A stretch of DNA of 47,722 nt, filler included, from Catajapyx aquilonaris (lineage: Eukaryota), in NCBI GenBank assembly GCA_000934665.2. It is 2 parts of 2 records of this genome, joined end to end, with 100 filler letters (N's around TTAATTAATTAA, not from the genome) between each part and the next. Parts side by side here need not be neighbours in the genome. Positions count along the whole stretch, not along the records: positions 23,924 to 47,722 come from JYFJ02005625.1; 1 more part is not named here. One strand, 5' to 3'. Within the stretch, counting starts at the first letter, position 1; each line of letters begins with the position of its first letter. A model generated the notes under the pieces. It had not been told where the DNA came from. It saw only the letters and a list, made by a program, of their open reading frames with translations, and ran no database searches. Both the position numbers and the translations under genes were made by a program. This document shows positions 25,340 to 36,185 of the stretch, one piece after another.

Positions 25340-25985
25340 ATGTTTATGGAAAGGTCTGTATAGGTGACAGAGTAGAAAACGGTGTGAATGTATCGGAAGA
25401 GCTTGTGCACATAACATACTGACTAAACTCAGCTGTTGCCGCAGTGAAGGCAAACAATATATTAGGTTGCCAGGTGAAGTTGCAGGGATTGTTAACCGTT
25501 ATCGATTGAGGCGAGTAGTAGCTATCTTGAACGGGTTAATCTAAAGGCAGAAGAAACGTTGTTAATCTCACCAGAAGTCGGCCAAAAGGTGAGCTCAGCA
25601 TTCATGACAGCCACTGATTACTCCGCTGAGTCTAGCAATGTACTCACTGAGTAAGTTGCTAAACCCAGCGGCGTATTAGCTACGAAATATGTCAACAACA
25701 ATGACAACAAAATATATTAGCAACTAAAATAATTCATTCTAGAGGCGAGAGACATGAAGGGACCGAAACGATTGGGAGAAGCTAAGCCTAAGCTAGCAGT
25801 CTTTGGCTTTGGTAAGTAGTGCGAATCTTTATATAGGATGCCTCTCAAATCTGCACGCATAGGTAATATTGCATTACAATATTGTTGGTTACCAGGTTTC
25901 TTGTGTTGTCAACCAACAATTTTTTAAAAATTTCCTCTGTGTCCAGGCGTTAGGGTCTGGATGTATAATTTCATAAAATACTGGC
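25340..25985 (+). repeat. Duplicated block (upstream region, exon 1 and start of intron 1 of the MDP-1-like genes), copy 1
   Basis: Colinear and highly similar to 40520-41150. Confidence 0.9.
25754..25811 (+). CDS. MDP1: MDP-1-like gene A, coding exon 1 (MKGPKRLGEAKPKLAVFGF+G)
   Basis: PKLAVF matches the MDP-1 N-terminus (PKLAVFDLD); G|GTAAGT phase-1 donor; in-frame stop upstream. Confidence 0.85.
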
Positions 25986-26014
25986 TGCTGCAGACTAGAT
26001 TCAGGGCACAATAA

Positions 26015-26170
26015 GGGAGGCGAATTGGCGCTTCGGTAACGCACGCTCCCACGGATGTCAAGGTCCCGGGGACACCCTTTTCATATCGTACAGAGTTTGG
26101 GCCATCTCTGGCTTCGTCTCGGGTGGGACTCCTTAGACTAACCACCCGGGGGAGTTGACAAAATGACCTC
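26015..26170 (+). mobile_element. SINE family C, partial copy
   Basis: Shares GCCATCTCTGGCTTCGTCTCGGGTGG...CACCCGGGGGAGTT with 28656-28983. Confidence 0.75.
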
Positions 26171-26586
26171 ACCCACCATCATTCATATCCCGTTGAGGTA
26201 GCAATAAACCCCCAAAAAAACATCTAGTTCTCCTGAAGAACGAAAGACACATCAGAATTGCGGTCACAGGGGATGTCCATCCCAACAATAGAATCGTCAT
26301 ACTGCAAGGTAATATGAGTACAAGTATTCATACAAGAACGTAATAATACACTTTTGAGAAATACTCCTTCACTCCAAAACCATACAAGAGAAATAATACT
26401 GAATAACAGTACAATAATTCACTTCAAAGTCACACAAAAAAACAAAAACAAAAAACGCATTCCCCCCCTAAACTGCAGGACTAATTCATGTAAGGACAGT
26501 AAGGTGTACATGTACAGTATTTTTAAGACGTGCCTGTGTGGTTAATATCACTGTTTCTTATTCATATTTCTTCTATGACACCGGTA

Positions 26587-26679
26587 CAGTTTTTTTTCCG
26601 TAAATGATCGGTTATCTGAACAATCAGTTATCCGAACACCCCCTTGGCAGACTCTGTTCGGATAATCGATGCTACACTG
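26587..26679. mobile_element. Small pogo/Tc1-type MITE remnant
   Basis: TA-CAGT...ACTG-TA ends; internal TTATCCGAAC/GTTCGGATAA repeats. Confidence 0.5.
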
Positions 26680-26993
26680 TACGTCATAATGTGCAAAGGG
26701 GTAAGTCAACAGGAACATGTTAACACGTAGCAATACCTGCCTGTATTTGGTTTAAGGTATGGGTCAATTTGGTGCATTTCTTCTCAAGTGTTGGTTAGGC
26801 TAGGTTAATGTGCATTAAAAATAACTGCGTTATAATGAATCCATTAGGTTTGGGAGGTAAGGTCAGGTCAGGGTAAAGTGGATTAAAATAACCACATATA
26901 CTGGTGTATCCATTAGCTTTGGGCGGTTAGGTCAGGCATAAGGGTAAAATACCTGTCGGTACGTTGTTATACGCGCATTAGTAGCAGGAGAAC

Positions 26994-27091
26994 CACTCGA
27001 ACCAAAATAATTACGCCCTGCTGTTTAAACCTGCTCATATCTAAACATGAGCAGGTTTAAATAGCTGGGCGTAATTATTTTGGTTCGAGTG
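26994..27091. mobile_element. 98-bp hairpin element with CACT...AGTG ends and a 3-bp TSD (CACTA/EnSpm-like)
   Basis: Near-perfect arms of about 45 bp; AAC on both flanks. Confidence 0.7.
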
Positions 27092-28157
27092 AACAAAGTC
27101 TGTTATTCGAAGGTGTTACTGCTGCTGAAGCTTTTTAGCCGCGACAACGCATCTCAATTCCGAACCCTTCCTTCCAGGCCTCTTTCGCACACTTTGTCCT
27201 TTATATAAGTCACCTTTTTGCAACTCGTAGGGGTCCGCATTGGAGGAAAAGCACTGCCTTTAAAAAAATTGCGTTTTTAAGTATTGTATATTTAAGAAGG
27301 CGTTATATTTCCACATTATATGTTACTTCTACTCTATTATTTTCTAGTAGTCAGTGGTGAAAAACCAACTCTTCCCAATGCCAAAGTCAAGCTATGCCCA
27401 GCAGAAGAAAGGCTGCAACAATTGCACAAATCGCTAATTTGGTCATTACAAGTCAGTTCGGCACGATATTAGCCCTTGGTATCTCGAATTTCGTTCAGAC
27501 TTTCTTAAATGGAAGTACTCCACCCCATTTTCACGCTGCGCGGTATCTGAAAAGTGACGATATCTCCCTTAACATCGATCGTAGAGACATGTATTGTACA
27601 TATGGACTTATATTAATTGGAGATGTGCACGGAAGAGACGTAGGCCACCAAATATATTTTATGCAATATCTTTAAAAAATATACCGTAAATTTTAAACTT
27701 TAAATTTACTCCTCCGAAAACGGTATTTTTATTTATTTTTACTTTTTCCTTTACATAAATATACAGTATAGTCCTTTGTGTTCATTATCCCGTTAAAACG
27801 TCGATGGACCATTCATAATTGGTCGAGATAAAAATGATCCAAATTGAAGGTAAGTTACACAGTTCCTGCATTTCTCGCTTGTATAGTGTCTTGAACGAAC
27901 ATTCATTGGGCTTTTTTGGCGAAGTAAACAGGTTTAACTCATGATGTAAGTCTGGTTACTAATTTTTTAAACATTACAAATTCTGAACCAATTAGTACGT
28001 TAGTCATTCAATAATTTTCCAATGATTTTGTCAATTATTATGATTACCATTACTGAGCTTTCCTCTTTGTTCCTCTACTGCGCAGTCCAGGGGTGGATGG
28101 GGCGGAAATGCCTCGGTGTGAAGATCTACAAGAAGAGTGGCGTTTTCATAGAAAATA

Positions 28158-28573
28158 GGCGTATTCGGCAATTCATATTATTCTGAGACGCGTCACGTGA
28201 TATCTGAGTTGTTAGTCCCGCCCCTCAGAAGATTATTGCCGAACGGCCGAACTGAGAGACCCCCCTACCCGCCATTTGTGCTGCACCCAGTGATGCCAAT
28301 GTTCGGGTATTTCGGTGCCGTATTTCGGACACTTGCGGGCGCTTGCGGGTATTGGTGCGGGTAAAATGAAAATGCGGGTAAAATCGGGTATTTTCAGGTC
28401 CTCTCGCGGGGTTTTCGGGCATTTTGCATTGGCAACACTGCTGCATCAATAACATGAATTTGTTGTCCGCCATGTTTCTCAGCAAGTAAGTGAGGTCAGG
28501 AGTACACTAAGTTCCTGAGTTCCGAACATCCAAACAGCCCAGGAAGTCAGATTCCTGAATTGCCGAATACGCC
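28158..28573. mobile_element. MITE with TIR GGCGTATTCGGCAATTCA (Harbinger-like termini)
   Basis: Perfect 18-bp TIR; absent from the opposite foldback arm. Confidence 0.8.
28288..28440. mobile_element. P-superfamily-like MITE nested in 28158-28573
   Basis: CAGTGATGCCAATG...CATTGGCAACACTG; 7-bp TSD CTGCACC/CTGCATC; internal CGGGTA repeats. Confidence 0.7.
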
Positions 28574-28655
28574 TTATATTAAGCGCAAATTACTGTATTA
28601 ATGTTTCATTTTATTAACGTCTTACATACTGTAACGTAATGTAATGATAACACTA

Positions 28656-28983
28656 GGGAGGCGGAGTAGTGGCGCTGCTGCGGTTACGTATACGCCCACG
28701 AATGTTGCGGTCCCTGGTTCGAACCCAACTCGGGGTTCCCCCTTCATCTCGTTATGCCATCTCTGGCTTCGTCTCGGGTGGAATTTCCATAGACTAATCC
28801 ACCCGGGGGAGTTCACAAAATGACATTAGCAACGACATTGCACTGCACTCTGCACATTCCCTCCTGTAATCCTGCCCGTGGGTCCGGGCGATACGCTCAA
28901 TGTTCCAGCATTGTACTGCATTGTACTTCAAGTATAATAAAGGTCCGTGCTCCATACCTGATGCGGTCTAGCACTACCCGGAT
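28656..28983 (+). mobile_element. SINE family C, full length
   Basis: B-box GGTTCGAACCC; 14-bp TSD TAATGATAACACTA (28642-28655, 28984-28997); empty site in the opposite arm. Confidence 0.9.
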
Positions 28984-29075
28984 TAATGATAACACTATGC
29001 AGCAAAATTTGACTTTTTTTTGTCCATGGAAATTCATCGTCAAATTCATGTTCCTTATAGGTCACAAGTAGGCTA

Positions 29076-29785
29076 CAGGGTGGTTGTAAAGTAACTGCCT
29101 ATTGGAAATGTGTAATAAAATTGTCAAATGTTGTTCGATTTTCATGAAACAAGTTTTATTCTGTACCTTACAATGGGAGAATTTAAACTTCCAACAGTAT
29201 GCAACTCCACGGCCCCAGGTGGCAGCAGCAGTCCCGATACCAGTAAAAATGGCGCAGAAACTTAGTGCTCGTGAGAGAGCTCAGCTGGCGTTCCGTTTTG
29301 AAGTCGGGGGTCGGTGTGGTTAAAGTGCAGAGATGGTGGCGATCCATACACAGACCTCGTGCCACAGTTCACCCCAGGACCATAAAGCCACTATGGGCGA
29401 ACCATCGCGGTGCCACGTTTTCCTCTGTCCTCGATGTCGACGGACGACCACTCCTATGGCTGTCCATCACGGATCCCGTGCTCATCAGCTTCGAATGGCA
29501 GTTCTTTATGGTCCTCGGGTGAACTGTGGCACGAGGTCCGTTTATGTATCGCCACCATCTCTGCACTTTAACCACCGACCCCGACTTCAAAACGGGATGC
29601 CAGCTGCGCCATTTTTACTGGTATCGGGACTGCTGCTGCCACCTGGGGCTGTGGAGTTGCATACTGTTGGGAGTTTAAATTCTCCCATTGTAAGGTACAG
29701 AACAAAACTTGTTTCATGAAAATCGAGCAATATTTGACAATTTTATTACACATTTCCAATAGGCAGTTACTTCACAACCACCCTG
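29076..29785. mobile_element. Tc1/mariner-derived palindromic element built from two inverted left ends
   Basis: TA-CAGGGTG...CACCCTG-TA; both arms encode the transposase N-terminal HTH region (SVVKVQRWWR...HPRTIK), and the right arm continues to TGSVMDSHRSGRPSTSRTEENV. Confidence 0.9.
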
Positions 29786-30956
29786 TACGTAACTCATAAT
29801 GGGCATTCATTTTGACTTTGATTTGTTTTTGACCTCGGGGCAGGCAAAAAATCATAATTCTCAAATGTAGCAGTTTTTTCCCAATCAAGCGGCCCTAAAT
29901 GTTGCTAAACCATCTCGGGTTTTTCTGAAAATAATCACAGCTGTACACACCTATGCCTAACACTGCATATAAAGTATCAGCCAAATTGCGAAATACCGTG
30001 GGAGGGAAAAAATCGCGAAATGTTGAAAATGGGGCTTTTTTGGATAATGTTTTGAGGTGATTGGAAGTGGTCAAAACCCAATCAACATATTAACTTATAT
30101 CAAATGAAAGGGAAATGCGAGTAGGATGCGACTATGGAATTTGTTTTTCCCGAAAATGCACTCAGAAAAACATGTGTGGCATTTCATCAGTCACATGTCC
30201 AAGAATTTGGCTCCATTAAAACTTAAAAGTAATGGTACTGTAACTCGGCAAACATATCTATTATTTTCTCGCGAGCCATGCATGACCCAGGATTGAAACT
30301 GAACATATTGAATCTTGTATGGGTCACAACTTCTGTCATCAAATATGGCTGTTCTTACGCAAACACATCACTAATATTTGGGATCTAAACACTTGGACAT
30401 GTTACTGAGCATGTTACCGATGGAATGCCATACATGTTTTTCTGAGTAGCATTTTCCAGAACATCAAATTCCAAAGGCGCATTCTACTTGCGTTTCTCTT
30501 TCATTTGACGTACATGTTGATTGGGTTTGACCACTTCCAATAACAAAAAAAAAGTTATCCAAAAAAGGCCTCATTTTCAAAATTTCGCGATTTTTCCCTC
30601 CCCACGGTATTTCGCAATTTGCCTCAAGCTTGACATGCAGTGTTACGGCATAGGTTTGTACAGCTGTGATTCTTTTCAGAAAAATCCGAGATGGTTTAGC
30701 AACATTTAGGCCCGCTTGACTGAGAAAAAACTGCTACGTACATTTGAGGATTTTGATTTTTTGATTGACCCAATGTCAAAAACAAATCAAAGACAAAATG
30801 AATGCCCATAAGCAACACGAATATAACGACGAATTTTCATGGACAAAAAAAGTGAAATTTTGTTGCATAATATCATCATTACATTACGTTACAGTATGTA
30901 AGACGTTAATAAAATGAAACATTAATACAGTAATTTGCGATTAATATTTTCTATGA

Positions 30957-31836
30957 TCAAGGGGAGGTGTAGATGCCGAGATGGTAACGTCTCGGCTTGC
31001 TGAGTGAAAGGCCCCAGGTTCGATCCCCGCCTGGGGAACTTTCCTTTCACCTGCGTCAGGAGGGTCTCTGACCTGCACCTTGGAGGTGTCTGGCAACCTA
31101 ACCTCCTGGGGAACAGCACATGACCCCTTTACAGACCTTGCACTTGCACCTATGTTCCCTCCCCAAAAATCCCTACCCCTGTAATATTATATACCCTACA
31201 TCAGGGGTATTCAACTAGTTTCTGACAAGGTCCAGTATTTACCTTGCCTGGGCCATTGAAGGTCCGGACCGGACCGGATATAGATTTTACTAGGTATATG
31301 GTACCACAGGGTTCATATTCGAAAATATAAACATGTGCAGCAAGGGTAGAAGGGCCTGTCAAGACAGGGCATATTAAGACATTTTCGCCCTTGATGATGT
31401 CCTGTACATGGGCGTAGGCAGAAGAATTTCGGAGGGGGGCCCATTGCGTAAGCACGAGGTGAACAAGCCGTAAAGGGCGGGGAACGAGCCCGCCGCAGGC
31501 GAAATTTTTTGGGGGTTCAAGGTCACACGAGCTTAGGTGAGATGTGGGAGATTTGAATGGGTGTGTATTTGATGAAATTGGTAGCCCTTTTTCCAAAAAA
31601 AATCATGAATTAGTAATTTATCATGATATTTCAAACTGTCCTGTATATTGTCGCGGTCCGGACAAAATTGCGTCGCGGTCCGGATCCGGACCACGGTCCG
31701 CCAGTTGAATATCCCTGCCCTACATCCTTGACTCCTTGCACCGGTGAATGAAGAAAAGTATATTATACAGAGAAAACTGATGGTGGTGTGCCACCCCCCT
31801 AAAAAGGCCCCGCCTTATCACGGGGTAACGTAAAAA
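30957..31836 (+). mobile_element. SINE family A, full length, interrupted by a hAT MITE
   Basis: 14-bp TSD AATATTTTCTATGA (30943-30956, 31837-31850); tRNA-like head at 30961. Confidence 0.9.
31202..31717. mobile_element. hAT-type MITE
   Basis: TIR CAGGGGTATTCAACT/AGTTGAATATCCCTG; perfect 8-bp TSD CCCTACAT. Confidence 0.9.
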
Positions 31837-32940
31837 AATATTTTCTATGAAAACGCCACTATTCTTGTAGATCATCACACCATGGGATTTCCGCTCCATC
31901 CACCCCTGGACTGCGCAGTAGAGGAACAAAGAGGAAAGCTCAGTAATGGTAATCATAATAATTGACAAAATCATTGGAAAATTATTGAATGACTAACGTA
32001 CTAATTGGTTCAGAATTTGTAATGTTTAAAAAATTAGTAACCAGACTTACATCATGAGTTAAACCTGTTTACTTGGCCAAAAAAGCCCAATGAATGTTCG
32101 TTCAAGACACTATATACTAGCGAGAAATGCAGGAACTGACGAAATGTGTAGGCCTACCTTCAATTTGGATAATTTTTATCTCGACCAATTATGAATCTCC
32201 CATCGACATTTTAACGAGATAATTAACACAAAGGACCCTATATTTATGTAATGGAAAAAGTAAAATTAAATAAAAATACTGTTTTTGGAAAAGTAAATTT
32301 AAAGTTTAAAATTTACGGTATATTTTTTAAAGATATTGCATAAAATATATTTGGTGGCCTACGTCTATTCCGTGCACATCTCCAATTAATTTAAGTCCCT
32401 ATGTACATCTCTCTACGATCGATATTAAAGGATATATCGTCACTTTTCGGATACCGCGCAGCGTGAAAATCCATAGAATCGAAAAAATTTCGTCGCCCGT
32501 AGTTCCGCTGTTAAATTTGTTTCGGGTGAATGGCCTGGGCCGCATTTGTTTGGGGTGGAGTACTTCCATTTAAGAAAGTCTGAACGAAATTCGAGATACC
32601 AAGGGCTAATATCGGCCGTACTGACGTGGAATGACCCAATTTAGAAATCAGCCCACCACTCATTACTGAACAATGCTAACTACGTAATTTCGATTCCATT
32701 ACTTCACGCCGCGCCGTCTTTGTGAACCTTTTGGCCGTCTCGCTTTTAGTCTGCATCACCTAGTTGGCAAAACAGGCCAGGGGTACGCATTAAGCGCCTG
32801 GTTCGCGTTTGGTCACTTTCCTCCTACTTCGCACTAATTTATTCAATATTGATGTATTCATCACTTGCGTATTGTTGAATTATAATCTTCAACCCGGCAT
32901 ATATGTTCGAAGTGAATGACCATTCGTTTAATTATTTCAG

Positions 32941-32998
32941 AGGAAACGCTGTTAGATTTTCTTACTGTTGATGTCTACCCACCTCTCACCTATATCAG
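32941..32998 (+). CDS. MDP1: MDP-1-like gene A, exon 2 ((E)ETLLDFLTVDVYPPLTYI)
   Basis: TTTCAG acceptor and AG|GTAAGG donor; phases fit exons 1 and 3; aligns with MDP-1 DYTLWPFWVDTHVDPPF. Confidence 0.85.
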
Positions 32999-33059
32999 GT
33001 AAGGCAATAAATACATATGTATGAAAACTCAGCAACTTACCTCCCTATACCTTCATCAG

Positions 33060-33299
33060 GCCAAATGTGTTCCAAGACGATTGTGATGTCACATTTGAAG
33101 CATACCCAGAAGCAACAGAGGTACTAGAATACCTCCATGACACCGGAATAGAAGTCGCCATAATCCAAGACACCTTGGTCAATCATTTTATAAATGATGA
33201 GTTACACGCCATTGAATGGCTTACCCACATATTGAAGTGGGATCAGTACATAAAGTATGGGGCTATGTACCCAGAAAGCATATCTCATTTGCTGCAAAG
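33060..33299 (+). CDS. MDP1: MDP-1-like gene A, exon 3
   Basis: CATCAG acceptor and AG|GTAGGG donor; YPEATEVLEYLHDTGIEVA...MYPES aligns with MDP-1 YPEVPEVLKRLQSLGVP...IYPGS. Confidence 0.9.
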
Positions 33300-33716
33300 G
33301 TAGGGTAGATTGTCTCGTATGGTTTTTGGACACGAAATGACACTAAATTAGAAGACAATATTTTTGGGTATGAAACAAAATAATATGAGGGGTCTCGTGC
33401 GGCTACCTGACTCGTAAAAATTATCCTCCTCCTGCTTCTGCTCCTCCTCCTCCTCTCACCCCGCAACCGCCGACATCCCCCTCAAGTAGAAACAAGATTG
33501 GCAAATCACGTAAGCGTGATTAGAATAGACTTTATCTCATTCTTTCAAGTATGAAACATTTAAGGGTAATAATTTTTCCCCAAAGAAAGTAACATTGACG
33601 ATCAAGTAAGTCAAGTTTAATCGTACTAAATTTACAAATTGTTACAAAATATTATTACAGTAAAACCCCTGTTATCCGTCACGGGGCTGGGACATTGGTC
33701 AGGAACTCTGAAATAG

Positions 33717-34541
33717 GGGTGTGGGTCATTTCACCGACACCCAGCCGGCCGACAGACATTTCACCGACATACCCACTCCACCGACAAGCCATTTCACCGA
33801 CAAGGAGGTTCCCCGCCACGACGTCTCACCGACATGGCGTTACAACGACAGAACATAACACCTGTATAGGTGACGACCTGATTCGCTAAAACAGTGGTTC
33901 CCAACCTGGGGGGCGTGAGAGGATTTCAGGGGGGGCGTGAGGCCATGAGAAATATTTAAAATAACGTAAGTACGTAACATGTTTCCGCTTGGCGCTGCTG
34001 GAAATATGAAGGGACCGACTTTTCTCCTCGCTAGTATCCGATGTGCTTACAGTGTAGGAAGATTCCACTGTACTTTGTCAGCTACATTCACCTAAACTTT
34101 GCGACCTTGAACCCCCAAAAAATTTCGCCTGCGGCGGGCTTGTTGGCACTTCGGTTGTTGCCCCTATTTCAACAGGTTTTCATTCCTCAGTTATAAAATT
34201 TTCTTTCAAGAAACTCTTGCTGAAATTTATTGGGGGGGGGGGGGGGGGGNGAGTGTTTGGTGAAAACGAAAAGGAGAGCGTCATGACGAAAAGGTTGGGA
34301 ACCCCTGCGCTAAAAGATATTCTCGTGGGAAACGTGAAAATGAGGTGTGATCTGGGCCCCGTCTCTCCAGTGACTGGATGGTTTTCACATCGGAATTGTG
34401 TGGGTAAAGTCGATCAAATGACTGTCGGTGAAATGCCCTGTCGGGGAACCTCCTTGTCGGTGAAATGGCTTGTCGGTGGAATGGGTATGTCGGTGAAATG
34501 GCCAGTCGGGCGGGTGGGTGTCGGTGAAATGACCCGCTTCG
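33717..34541. mobile_element. MULE-like foldback element with tandem CATTTCACCGACA subrepeats
   Basis: Inverted subrepeat arrays at about 33723-33833 and 34422-34535; 9-bp TSD CTGAAATAG/CTAAAATAG. Confidence 0.75.
33892..34307. mobile_element. hAT (Charlie-like) MITE nested in the MULE-like element
   Basis: CAGTGGTTCCCAACCT...AGGTTGGGAACCCCTG; perfect 8-bp TSD CGCTAAAA. Confidence 0.9.
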
Positions 34542-35070
34542 CTAAAATAGGCCTGTGCGTATAGAGTGAACCCGGGATTAAACCGGATTGGCGGTCCACT
34601 GAAAGTTGACCATGACACTTATTTTGGTCACTCCCCGACACACTTGGTCAGGAGTGTACGGAAACTAATTTTGAAATCCAACGATAACCCGCCCGTAAAG
34701 TAAACTTATGCGGATAGAGTGAACCCGGAAAACCGGAAGTGGCCGTGAGGTAACAGGAAGTCTACATAGGTCACTCAGTGGTTCACTCATTCGCTGTAGA
34801 ATAACCGTCCGATATTTGAATGCAAAACAACTCCTAGAATACGGCTCAGCTGAAGAGAATCCATCTAAACTTCTAAAATATGGAGAATATTCGAACAAGG
34901 GACCTCTCGGAAGTGGAATGGGTATATGGGTATACCTTATTATCAATGGCTTTTCAACCCAACCACAGTTAATCAAAAACATTTACTTGGTCTCATATCG
35001 TGTCATTTCGAATCCTCTTCTAATTAGGAACTTATTCCATAGTATCCTAAATGTTTTCCCTGTGCTACAG

Positions 35071-35245
35071 GGTCATGGATGTCGCCAAGCACCCAGCCCA
35101 AGACATGATCTATTTCGACAACACGCAGGACAGCATCTATCGCGCCGAATCTTTGGGAATCATGTCCTTCGTGGTAGAAGGAGGGATGTCGATGTCGGCC
35201 CTAGACTTTGGCCTAGATGAATTCGCCGCGAAGAGGGCTGCCTAA
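35071..35245 (+). CDS. MDP1: MDP-1-like gene A, terminal exon 4 (spliced product 176 aa)
   Basis: TTTTCCCTGTGCTACAG acceptor, phase 2; DMIYFDN...SLGI...GMSMSALDFGLDEFA aligns with MDP-1 QMIFFDD...KLGV...GMNLQTLSQGLETFA. Confidence 0.9.
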
Positions 35246-36185
35246 CCAGCTTTGACCTACCACTTGTTCTTTTTTGTTTTGTATTTCCAGCGCCGTTTTT
35301 CTGTTTTGTCGCGCTTAATTGTGGTCTGGTACAGTGGTACCTACGTTCCACATCTGCTGGTCAGCGAACACAATCCGTAGGCGACAAAGCCTCAAGTGCA
35401 TCTATAGCCTGTACCGTAGAGGGAAGCGTCAGCCGACCCTGTGGTTGACCGAGCAGGATCATAATTATAGCGCAGACAAGAATTCAGTTTAAGGATGTCT
35501 TTTACGTTACGGAAACTGATGTTGACATGTTGTTATGTTAGTCCTTGATGTGTGGCATGTCAAGGATCGCAGGTACTCCTGGCAGGACCGGGAGGCCAAA
35601 TCCTGGTTTCGGCAGAGACTTTGACGTAATGAAGCAGGACCAGTTGAGGACGGACATGGTAATCTTCACCCAAGACATTCGCATCCAGGTTCACATGTTC
35701 GTGACGACTGCCAGGAGCCCCATCTTTACAACCAAGTGCCAGCTCGGCATTATGGAAGGCTACTCCGGAGAACCGAGGTATAATATTGTGTCTACATTGA
35801 TTTCAGAGAAAGTGGCAGTGTGTGCCGGTTGACACGTCCGTTTTTGTAATGTATTTTTTCGAAGTAAGATTACGTAATTTGTTTAGTATCACTCACCTTG
35901 CGCTGATGCAGCGGTTCTAACCTCCCGTCAATCCGCAGGTGCTCATCACAGACTACGCTTTCAAGCTCACGAGCGCAGCGCAGCGTATCCACGGAACCTC
36001 TGATGGCGCCCAAGAGTTAGGCCTGCCTTGGCTGAAGGCCCTGTGGGATCATAAAGAAAGATCCGTGGGAATTACGGGGGGGGGAGAGTTAATAAAATTA
36101 CAAAAATGATCACTACGCGTGTTCTCTCAGGCAGCTGTTATTAGTATTTTAAATATAAGCCTAATGGGACTTACAACCAAAGTAA

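Larger units (their letters stand above)
27440..32637. mobile_element. Large foldback DNA transposon (Sola-like) with arms of about 1.3 kb and nested insertions, in intron 1 of MDP-1-like gene A
   Basis: Left segments 27440-28157, 28574-28655, 28998-29060 and 29797-30215 match the reverse complement of 30378-30956 and 31851-32637; (G)GGTCATT...AATGACCC termini; AATT on both flanks. Confidence 0.85.

Noticed and set aside
30961..31035. SINE heads (also at about 305-380, 11103, 23025-23098, 23317 and 28656) as tRNA genes
   Set aside because: Stems are broken, and the heads are fused to repeated bodies with tails and TSDs
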